Shown: positions 8,827 to 17,371 of the stretch, piece after piece
Layout of the letters: each line of letters starts with the position of its first letter
How positions within the stretch are numbered: the stretch's first letter is position 1
From: a virus
DNA length: 64,000 nucleotides
IMG/VR virus record: IMGVR_UViG_3300032307_000370
Coordinates: 1-64,000 of that record
Strand: one strand, 5' to 3'
Program-made: the position numbers and the translations under genes
The notes under the pieces: generated by a model
Database searches by the model: none
Told to the model about the DNA's origin: nothing
Seen by the model: only the letters and a program-made list of their open reading frames with translations

Positions 8827-10596
8827 ATGTCTCAAGTAGTTGATATACTTACCTCAACAGGTGTTGCCCCATATAATGTTTTTGTTTGTGATATAACAAA
8901 TACTTTTTGTTATCCGGTTGCCAATGGTATAACATTACCTTATCAATTTACCGTACCACCACCATTAGACACATCAACATCAGTTATAATCAAACTTATT
9001 GATTCTGATGGATGTGAAACCTTTGAATTGTACCAATGTCCGGTAACACCAACTGTAACTCCAACCGCAACTGTAACCCCAACTCCAACACAAATTATCC
9101 CTTGTAATTGTTTAATATTAACAAACCCAACAACAACCATAATCGGTTATTTTGATTATGTTGATTGTAATGGTAATCAACAGACGAGTGTGCCTGTTAG
9201 CCCAGGATTAACATATTATGTGTGTGGTGGAAATATTACAAATGTTATTGGGTTAATACAATCAATGGGTAACCCTTGTGTTAACGGTGATTGTATTCCC
9301 GTACCTTCATCAACACCAACTTTAACTCCAACCCCAACTATTACCCCAACAATAAGTTTGGGACCAACGAATACCCCCACAAATACTCAAACACCAACCG
9401 TAACACCTACAAATACGTTAACACCAACTGTAACCCCTACAAATACTCAAACTCCAACTAACACACCTACCATAACGGAAACTTTAACAAATACCCCAAC
9501 ACCAACTGAAACCCCAACAAATACCCCAACAAATACATTAACACCCACAAACACAAATACGCCAACCAACACAAATACGCCAACCAACACAAACACACCA
9601 ACAATAACTCCAACCATAACGCCAACACCAAGTATTACACCCACTATTACACCAACACCAACTTTATCATCAACATATCCACCATTACCACCATCACAAA
9701 CTCCAACGAATACCCAAACGAATACCCAAACACCAACTAACACATTAACCCCTACAAATACCCAAACCCCAACTGTAACAACCACAAATACATTAACCCC
9801 AACAAATACACCAACCCCGACCAACACGTTAACACCGACTATTACACAAACACCAACTAACACATCAACAAATACAGTAACACCCACAAATACTCCTACA
9901 AATACCCTAACGCCAACCAACACCCAAACGCCAACCATAACCCCAACTAATACACCAACGAACACATTAACTCCAACAAATACTTTAACACCAACAAACA
10001 CATTAACCTCAACGATAACACCATCTATAACCCCAACAATAAACTATTCGGTATTTTATGTTGTATCTTGTGGAACTTGCGGTGGATCATACCCAATTGA
10101 TGGGTTTATGTTGTTACCATCATCATTCAGTATAGGTACGGTTGTTTTGGCAACAAATGGAGGATGTTATCAAATTAATTCAACTTTAAGTGGTACAATA
10201 ACATTATATTGGAGCTCAACATCATATACCGAATGTGCAAAATGTGAGTTAGATAACCCATGTCCTACCCCAACCCCAACTCCAACCAGAACAATAACAC
10301 CAACACCAACAATAACACCTACCAAAACTAAGACACCAACACCTACCAAAACTAAGACACCAACTCCAACTCCGACACCGGGTACGGTTTATTTAGCAAA
10401 TTCTTGTTGTATTCCGGGGTTACAAAAATACGTTATATTACCATCAGCAGGATTAGGTCCGAGATTAGTTTTAATTGGTGGTCAGTGTTATCAAACAATT
10501 GCTCAAACTAGTGGAACACCATTAAACGTTGGTACATTATTACCGATTGGTACTACTTGTAGTAGTTGTATATCAACTTATGGTTGTGACGGATAA
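8827..10596 (+). CDS. Mucin-like Thr/Pro-repeat protein with Cys-rich modules
   Basis: 589 aa; ~250 aa TPTNT tract, Cys modules shared with ORFs 717, 19792 and 23637. Confidence 0.75.
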   Translation: MSQVVDILTSTGVAPYNVFVCDITNTFCYPVANGITLPYQFTVPPPLDTSTSVIIKLIDSDGCETFELYQCPVTPTVTPTATVTPTPTQIIPCNCLILTNPTTTIIGYFDYVDCNGNQQTSVPVSPGLTYYVCGGNITNVIGLIQSMGNPCVNGDCIPVPSSTPTLTPTPTITPTISLGPTNTPTNTQTPTVTPTNTLTPTVTPTNTQTPTNTPTITETLTNTPTPTETPTNTPTNTLTPTNTNTPTNTNTPTNTNTPTITPTITPTPSITPTITPTPTLSSTYPPLPPSQTPTNTQTNTQTPTNTLTPTNTQTPTVTTTNTLTPTNTPTPTNTLTPTITQTPTNTSTNTVTPTNTPTNTLTPTNTQTPTITPTNTPTNTLTPTNTLTPTNTLTSTITPSITPTINYSVFYVVSCGTCGGSYPIDGFMLLPSSFSIGTVVLATNGGCYQINSTLSGTITLYWSSTSYTECAKCELDNPCPTPTPTPTRTITPTPTITPTKTKTPTPTKTKTPTPTPTPGTVYLANSCCIPGLQKYVILPSAGLGPRLVLIGGQCYQTIAQTSGTPLNVGTLLPIGTTCSSCISTYGCDG

Positions 10597-10656
10597 TAAA
10601 AATTTTTACTATTGTTTTTTTCATTTGATATTTTATTATTAAAATAAAAAAATCAT

Positions 10657-11904
10657 ATGAAAATATTTGTTCAAATCGCAGCGTATAGAGATCCTCAATT
10701 GGAGCCAACAATAAAAAATATGTTGGAAAACGCTAAAAGACCCAAAAATTTAAGAATTGGTATTTGTAGACAATACAATCCTGATGATCAATTTGATTTG
10801 TTAGAGGAATATCGTAAAGACAATAGATTCAGAATATTGGATGTTTTATATTCAGATTCAAGAGGAGTTTGTTGGGCAAGAAATCAGGTCCAACAATTAT
10901 ATGAAGGTGAAGAATATACCCTACAAATTGATTCACATATGAGATTTGAGAAGGATTGGGATGATACATTAATTAAAATGATTAAACAACTTCAGAAAAA
11001 AGGTTTTGAGAAACCTTTATTAACGGGTTATGTTTCATCATTTGATCCTGATAATGACCCAGCAGGAAGAGTTCAAGAACCATGGAGAATGGCGTTTGAT
11101 AGATTTATTCCTGAAGGTGCTGTATTCTTCTTACCTGAAACAATTCCGGGTTGGCAAAAAATGAAAGAACCTGTTCCTGCAAGATTTTACTCGGCACACT
11201 TCGCATTTACTTTAGGTCAATTTAGCGAAGAGGTACAACATGATCCTGAATTTTATTTTCACGGGGAAGAAATATCAATTGCGGTAAGAGCATATACTCA
11301 TGGTTATGATTTGTTCCACCCACATAAAGTAGTTATTTGGCACGAATACACTCGTAAGGGTAGAACTAAACAATGGGATGATGATAAAGATTGGGTTAAT
11401 AAAAATAATTTATCTCACCAAAAAAATCGTCAGCTTTTTGGTATGGACGGTGAAGAAGTTACAATGGAATTTGGTAAATATGGTTTTGGTACCGAAAGAA
11501 CATTAAGAGATTATGAAATTTATTCGGGTCTTTTATTTTCAAAGAGAGCAGTTCAACAATATACATTAGATAAAAACTACCCACCTAACCCCCATATTTT
11601 TGAAACCGAAGAAGAATTAATGGCGAGTTATGCATCCATATTCAAACATTGTATTGATATTGGGTTTACCCAAGTTCCTGAAAAAGATTATGAGTTTTGG
11701 GTTGTTGCATTTCATGATGAAAATGATGAAACCATTCATAGACAAGATGCCGATATTAACGAAATTAATATGATGATGAATGATCCTGATGGGTATTGTA
11801 AAGTGTGGAGAGAATTCCAAACCGCACATAAACCAAAATATTGGGTTGTATGGCCTTATAGTACATCAAAAGGTTGGTGTGAAAGAATCTCAGGAAATTT
11901 ATGA
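10657..11904 (+). CDS. GT60-like polypeptide N-acetylglucosaminyltransferase (Skp1 Gnt1 / GlcNAc family)
   Basis: KIFVQIAAYRD..LRIGICRQ..SRGVCWARNQVQQLY.GEEYTLQIDSHMRF..WD..FYSAHFAFT..FHGEEISIAVRAYTHGYDLFHP..IWHEY matches GT60 family motifs, including DSH. Confidence 0.8.
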   Translation: MKIFVQIAAYRDPQLEPTIKNMLENAKRPKNLRIGICRQYNPDDQFDLLEEYRKDNRFRILDVLYSDSRGVCWARNQVQQLYEGEEYTLQIDSHMRFEKDWDDTLIKMIKQLQKKGFEKPLLTGYVSSFDPDNDPAGRVQEPWRMAFDRFIPEGAVFFLPETIPGWQKMKEPVPARFYSAHFAFTLGQFSEEVQHDPEFYFHGEEISIAVRAYTHGYDLFHPHKVVIWHEYTRKGRTKQWDDDKDWVNKNNLSHQKNRQLFGMDGEEVTMEFGKYGFGTERTLRDYEIYSGLLFSKRAVQQYTLDKNYPPNPHIFETEEELMASYASIFKHCIDIGFTQVPEKDYEFWVVAFHDENDETIHRQDADINEINMMMNDPDGYCKVWREFQTAHKPKYWVVWPYSTSKGWCERISGNL

Positions 11905-12338
11905 TTTTAATATCTCATAGAGGTAACATTAATGGTAAAAAAGAAGATCTTGAAAATAAACCTCAATATATTGATGAAGCATTAAGTTTAGGTTATAATG
12001 TTGAGGTTGATGTTTGGATGATTGATGGCGTTTTATTTTTAGGTCATGATGATCCACAGTATGGTATAACTCAAGAATGGTTAAATACCCGATACGAACA
12101 TTTATGGATACATTGTAAAAATATAGGAGCAATAGAATGGTTTAATATTATTGGTGGGTTTAATTATTTTTGGCATCAAGAAGATACTTTAACCATAACA
12201 TCAAATGGGTATCTTTGGGTATATCCGGGTAAACAACCCATTAAAAATAGTATTTCAGTATTACCCGAAATGTTTAATGATGATGTTTCGGAATGTATTG
12301 GGATATGTTCTGATTATATAAAAAATTATAATGATTGA
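11901..12338 (+). CDS. PLC-like/GDPD-like phosphodiesterase-fold protein
   Basis: ISHRGN..EN..YI.EAL..GY.VEVDVW..LFLGHD..LWIHCKN; ATGA-type overlap with the upstream gene. Confidence 0.65.
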   Translation: MILISHRGNINGKKEDLENKPQYIDEALSLGYNVEVDVWMIDGVLFLGHDDPQYGITQEWLNTRYEHLWIHCKNIGAIEWFNIIGGFNYFWHQEDTLTITSNGYLWVYPGKQPIKNSISVLPEMFNDDVSECIGICSDYIKNYND

Positions 12339-13686
12339 GTTAATTATATTTGATTTAGACGGAGTATTATTTGATGCAAAAGAAATACATTATGAATCCC
12401 TAAATAAAGCTCTTGGTAATTATTCCATATCTTGGGATGAACATTTATCAATATATGATGGGCTTAAAACAAATCAAAAATTAGAAATACTTCACGACAG
12501 AAAAGATTTACCTAAAGAGTTATTTAAAGACGTGTGGGATAAAAAACAACAATACACACTAGAGTCATTAAAAAACTTAAAACCAAATAACGATATTATC
12601 TTAACGGTATCTAAACTCTCTAAAGATGGGTATAAATTGGCCGTGTGTTCTAATAGTATTAGAAAAACAGTTCTAACTGTTTTATCAAAATTAGGTATCA
12701 TTGAATATTTTGACTTAATACTTTCAAATGAAGATGTAAAAAATTCAAAACCTCATCCTGAAATTTATTGGAAAGCAATATCAATAATCCAATGTTTACC
12801 TGAAGAAACTTTAATCGTTGAAGATTCCCCATATGGTCTTTTATCCGCATCCAGAAGTAAATCCCATGTATTAAGAGTTAAATCAACCTCTGAGGTTAAT
12901 TATGATAACATAACAAATAAAATAAAAGAAATAGAAATGGGTAATGATATTGGTATACCAAAATGGGAAGATAAAAATTTAAATATTTTGATCCCAATGG
13001 CAGGTGCCGGATCAAGATTTCAACAAGCGGGATATACATTTCCTAAACCGTTGATAGATATTAATAATAAACCTATGATACAAGTTGTTGTTGATAATTT
13101 AAATATTGATGCTAATTACATTTATGTTGTGCAAAAAGAACATCGTGAAAAATATAACTTAGATACGATGTTAAATTTAATAACACCTAATTGTAAGATT
13201 GTTGAGGTGGATGGTATAACTGAAGGAGCCGCTTGTACCGCCTTATTGGCAAAAGAATACATTAATAATAACAAACCATTATTCTTTGCAAATTCAGACC
13301 AATATGCGGAGTGGGATTCAAATGAATTTATGTATAAAATGAATGAGACGGATTCTGATGGTGGTATCGTTACGTTTAAATCTTCCCACCCAAAATGGTC
13401 CTTTGCCAAAGTTGACGAAAATAATATGGTAACGGAAGTTGCTGAAAAAAATCCCATATCGGATAATGCAACCGTTGGATTTTACTATTGGAAAAAAGGT
13501 TCCGACTTTGTCAAATACGCGGAAAAAATGGTAGAGAAAAACATAAGGGTTAATAATGAATTTTATGTGTGTCCCGTTTTTAATCAGGCAATAGAAGATA
13601 ATAAAAAAATAAGAATATACGAAATAAAAAATATGTGGGGTCTTGGTACCCCCGAAGATTTAAAAACTTTTCTAAATAAAAAATAA
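12331..13686 (+). CDS. HAD phosphatase fused to sugar-phosphate nucleotidyltransferase-like domain
   Basis: N-term FDLDGVL..CSNS..KPHPEIY..IVEDS; C-term IPMAGAGSRF..PKPLI..NSDQY..VAEK.PIS..GLGTPEDL. Confidence 0.8.
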   Translation: MIELIIFDLDGVLFDAKEIHYESLNKALGNYSISWDEHLSIYDGLKTNQKLEILHDRKDLPKELFKDVWDKKQQYTLESLKNLKPNNDIILTVSKLSKDGYKLAVCSNSIRKTVLTVLSKLGIIEYFDLILSNEDVKNSKPHPEIYWKAISIIQCLPEETLIVEDSPYGLLSASRSKSHVLRVKSTSEVNYDNITNKIKEIEMGNDIGIPKWEDKNLNILIPMAGAGSRFQQAGYTFPKPLIDINNKPMIQVVVDNLNIDANYIYVVQKEHREKYNLDTMLNLITPNCKIVEVDGITEGAACTALLAKEYINNNKPLFFANSDQYAEWDSNEFMYKMNETDSDGGIVTFKSSHPKWSFAKVDENNMVTEVAEKNPISDNATVGFYYWKKGSDFVKYAEKMVEKNIRVNNEFYVCPVFNQAIEDNKKIRIYEIKNMWGLGTPEDLKTFLNKK

Positions 13687-14558
13687 TGGAAGAACTATCG
13701 TTAGTATTATATACATCCGTGAATAATACCTTAATTGCAAAATTATTTGTCCAAGAGTTTAATAAATTCTCAAATGGATTAAATATTCCAAAATACGTTG
13801 TGAGTAATAATTTTAAATGTGAAACGGATTTTGAGTCAATGGGTTTTAAAAAAATAAATTGTAACATACCACATTGTGATGGAGGAACTCATTTTACAAA
13901 AGTTATGTTAAATTCTTTAAATCAAATTGATTCTGATTACATTTTATTTTTTTTAGAAGATTATATTTTAATGAAAAATATAAAAGTTGATGTGTTAAAT
14001 AACATACTTAATTTTATGAAAAATGAAAATGTAGATCACATTTCATTAATGTCATATGAAGGAGATGATTGGGAATTGTTAGACATTGATTACAAGTCAT
14101 ATAATTTAGATGATGATATTTTTGTAAAAATGAATAAAAAATATCTTTATATGTTTTCTGTTCAACCATGTATATGGAAAAAAGATTCACTTATTAAAAT
14201 ATTAGAAAATAATATTAATGTCAGTATAAACAGTTTTGATACGAGCTACATTAAAAATATGAAAGGACAAGTGAGAAATGTTTTAATTGGTGAAAATTAT
14301 GAAACTCCATCTGATTTTTGGGATTATAACTTTAAACATATTGCATTAAAGAAAAATCCATTAACCACAAATTACGCTTTTGATGAACATAATGGTGAAG
14401 ACGATTATTTTTTATTTCTTTATTCTGAGATAATGAGACACGGTAAATTTAATATTTATTCTCATGAAAATAATAAAATTTTTATAAATAATTTCTTATC
14501 TTCTAATAACATTACCTCACAAAATAAAGAATATTCAAAATACTTTCACAATGATTGA
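13686..14558 (+). CDS. Putative GT-A fold glycosyltransferase
   Basis: DYILFFLEDY and FSVQPCIWKK motifs; translationally coupled inside the GT operon. Confidence 0.5.
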   Translation: MEELSLVLYTSVNNTLIAKLFVQEFNKFSNGLNIPKYVVSNNFKCETDFESMGFKKINCNIPHCDGGTHFTKVMLNSLNQIDSDYILFFLEDYILMKNIKVDVLNNILNFMKNENVDHISLMSYEGDDWELLDIDYKSYNLDDDIFVKMNKKYLYMFSVQPCIWKKDSLIKILENNINVSINSFDTSYIKNMKGQVRNVLIGENYETPSDFWDYNFKHIALKKNPLTTNYAFDEHNGEDDYFLFLYSEIMRHGKFNIYSHENNKIFINNFLSSNNITSQNKEYSKYFHND

Positions 14559-15387
14559 AGTCACATATCAAAAACCTAACGGTGTAACTTGGTCAGTTAC
14601 TAATATGTATGAAAAATTTTTTAATTACCTATCAGAAAATTATGAGTGTATACATAGAACCCCAACCTGTGTTGGTTATGGATCACCTAATTCTCCACAT
14701 CATATGACTATAAAAAATCTTATTAATAATAAGTATTTCGTTGTATCATATTGGGATTACACAGGTGACATATATAATCCCGAATATGGGTGGGACGTAC
14801 ATAATATGGTGGATTTATTTACATCAAGTGGTGTTCATTATGATTTTAATTTTACTCCTTTTTCATACATGGCATATTCAATAGAATTTGAGGAATACAC
14901 CAAAAATATAGTACCATTTGATGAAAAACCAAATAATGAATTATTTTTTAGGGGATTTTTACACGGAATGAGAAAAAAGTTACATTTATTAAACGAAATC
15001 CCAATGAGTGATGAAAGAATAGAACCTTTTGATTATTTTACGGAATTAACAAATAATAAAATATGTTTATCTCTTAATGGTGTTGGTGAAATATGTAATA
15101 GAGATATGGAAATTTTATCATCAGGATCTGTTTTATTGAGACCATTATTAAGACAGAAATTCCACGATGATTTAATACCTAATGTTCATTATATCCCATT
15201 TGATGTAAGTTTTGATCATGTAGAACAAATGAAAATTATAAAAGAAAAATATAATGAAATAAAAGATAATGATGATCTTTTAAGAGAAATATCTAAGAAC
15301 GGACACGAGTGGTACATGAAAAATGGTACAACTCAAGGTAATGTTGATATTTTAAAAAACATACTTAATATTGATTTAATCATATAA
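14551..15387 (+). CDS. Putative GT-B fold glycosyltransferase (exostosin/GT90-like C-terminus)
   Basis: LFFRG..YFTELTNNKICLSLNGVGEICNRDMEILSSGSVLL..LIPNVHYIP..ISKNGHEWY. Confidence 0.6.
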   Translation: MIEVTYQKPNGVTWSVTNMYEKFFNYLSENYECIHRTPTCVGYGSPNSPHHMTIKNLINNKYFVVSYWDYTGDIYNPEYGWDVHNMVDLFTSSGVHYDFNFTPFSYMAYSIEFEEYTKNIVPFDEKPNNELFFRGFLHGMRKKLHLLNEIPMSDERIEPFDYFTELTNNKICLSLNGVGEICNRDMEILSSGSVLLRPLLRQKFHDDLIPNVHYIPFDVSFDHVEQMKIIKEKYNEIKDNDDLLREISKNGHEWYMKNGTTQGNVDILKNILNIDLII

Positions 15388-15405
15388 ACAAAAAATATAA
15401 TAAAA

Positions 15406-15777
15406 ATGGAATACCCAATAAGTGAAATTTTAGACAGATATTCAATTGCCGTTTTAAAAAAACAAAGATTAGATGCTGATAATGATATTGAATTAAAAGA
15501 TTTGTCGGAAGTAATTGAGGAATATAAAAAAATTAATTCCCAAGTTATTGAAACTTACATTGATAAATTAATTGCAATTAATGGGGATATCTGGGATTTA
15601 GAATCGGATATTAGAAAAGGTAAAGAAGGTGAGTTAGGGTTAGAAGAAGTTGGTAGAAGAGCAATAAAAATTAGAGAATTTAACAAAATCAGAGTTGGAT
15701 ATAAAAATATTATAGTTGAAACTTTTGGTGAGGGTTATAAAGATGTTAAAATGAATCATGCAAGCTCAGATGAATAA
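15406..15777 (+). CDS. Small coiled-coil hypothetical protein (DUF6165-like)
   Basis: PISEILDRYSI..K..LIAINGDIWDLESDIR..A.KIREFNK.R. Confidence 0.55.
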   Translation: MEYPISEILDRYSIAVLKKQRLDADNDIELKDLSEVIEEYKKINSQVIETYIDKLIAINGDIWDLESDIRKGKEGELGLEEVGRRAIKIREFNKIRVGYKNIIVETFGEGYKDVKMNHASSDE

Positions 15778-17362
15778 AATAATAATTTCCCTAACAACCG
15801 TACCCGAACGTTTAACACAAAACGTTGATGATGGATTCAGATTGGTTATGAAGTCAATTTGTGAACAAAATTATAAAAACTATGAGGTTCATTTAAATTT
15901 ACCTTTAATTTATAATGTAACAGGTGAAGAATATATAATTCCTCAATGGTTAGAAGAATATCAAGAAACATATAAGCACCTAAAAATATTTAGAACTGAA
16001 GATATGGGACCACCAACAAAAGTGATCCCAACTATTATTAGAGAATCGGATGACACATTATTAATTGTTGTTGATGACGATTTAATTTATCATGAAAATA
16101 TGATTTTAGAACATATTAAATATCATATTGAATTACCTGATTCTGTTGTATTATATGATGGAAGAAGTTTGGTTACACCTAAATATGGTGATTTAAGAGA
16201 TTCTTGGGTTTTAAGTGTAAATGAACCATTGGAAGTAAAAGATTTACAACATTACAAATCAGCATCTTATTTTGTTAGATATTTTGAAGAAGATTTTTTC
16301 AATGACTTTGTTGGTAAAACAAAATCGGATGATGTATTAATGTCTTTCTATTTTAAATTCAAAAAGATTAAAATGTTTGTTGTACCTTATGGACCTGATA
16401 TTGATAAATTGTCAACTTATGATGATTGGTATAAGTTTCAAGGTGTAACCACATTTCCCGTTATAAGACATTCAAATAGTGTTTTAAATACGGGGTGTAA
16501 TCACCCAACAATGTTAGAGGATCAACCAAGATTCTTTATACCTGAAGAATTCAAGATTATTGAAAATCCTAATTACAAACCATCTAATCAAGTTATAACT
16601 CAACCTATAAGTCAAGTAATCATAGAGAATGGTATTGTTAGACCAAACATTCCGGAAATAACTGAAATACATAACTCAAGAGATTTAATTTATAAGTTGG
16701 TTGGCGAATTTAATAAAATGGAAAAACGTTTTTGGGATACTACTCAACTAACAGGTGAACAACATAACAACCAAAGAAGTAAACCAGCACCTTACATTAA
16801 AAAGACATCTGAAATTGCAAAAATTTTAGGTCTTAAAACTTTGGTTGAAATTGGTGCAACAAGACATGGTATTACACCTAAATGTATTAATTATTATTTT
16901 TTAGGTAATGATCCTTTTGTTTCACCACCTTGTTGTGGTGATGGTCACGGTGGAATAATGTTTACGTTAGAAGGTTTTGATGTTTATTCAGTTGATATTG
17001 ATGAGAATTGCTCAATACACGCAGATTGGTCATTTGGTTCATTAAATAGATCCATACCTGAAAATTTACATTTAAATATCCCTAAAGATGGTATTGAATT
17101 TTTAAAAGAATTTGACAAAAATATTGATATTCTATTTTTGGACGGATGGGATGTTGGTACCGAACAATATAAGGAAAAACATTTGGAGGCTTTTGAAGTA
17201 TGTAAAGATAAATTATCTGACACTCATTTAATCCTAATTGACGACACCGACTTTAATTTAACAAATGAAGGTAAAGACGCGTTATTATCTCCACATTTAT
17301 TATCGTTAGGATATATTCTATTATTTGACGGTAGACAAAAACTATACATAAATAAAATATAA
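15758..17362 (+). CDS. GT-A glycosyltransferase fused to class I SAM methyltransferase
   Basis: IIISLTTVPERL..GPPTKVIP..IVVDDDLIY..DDVLMS; C-term LVEIGA..DILFLDGWD..LILIDDT. Confidence 0.7.
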   Translation: MQAQMNKIIISLTTVPERLTQNVDDGFRLVMKSICEQNYKNYEVHLNLPLIYNVTGEEYIIPQWLEEYQETYKHLKIFRTEDMGPPTKVIPTIIRESDDTLLIVVDDDLIYHENMILEHIKYHIELPDSVVLYDGRSLVTPKYGDLRDSWVLSVNEPLEVKDLQHYKSASYFVRYFEEDFFNDFVGKTKSDDVLMSFYFKFKKIKMFVVPYGPDIDKLSTYDDWYKFQGVTTFPVIRHSNSVLNTGCNHPTMLEDQPRFFIPEEFKIIENPNYKPSNQVITQPISQVIIENGIVRPNIPEITEIHNSRDLIYKLVGEFNKMEKRFWDTTQLTGEQHNNQRSKPAPYIKKTSEIAKILGLKTLVEIGATRHGITPKCINYYFLGNDPFVSPPCCGDGHGGIMFTLEGFDVYSVDIDENCSIHADWSFGSLNRSIPENLHLNIPKDGIEFLKEFDKNIDILFLDGWDVGTEQYKEKHLEAFEVCKDKLSDTHLILIDDTDFNLTNEGKDALLSPHLLSLGYILLFDGRQKLYINKI

Positions 17363-17371
17363 TACTACATA

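Noticed and set aside
717-10596. TxT periodicity as an ice-binding or ice-nucleation surface
   Set aside because: Frequent Pro is incompatible with the beta-solenoid that TxT ice-binding proteins use; a mucin-like extended chain fits better. Not formally excluded.
717-10596. N-glycosylation sequons in the Asn-rich repeats
   Set aside because: The repeats read N-T-L, N-T-P, N-T-Q or N-T-N, not N-x-S/T.
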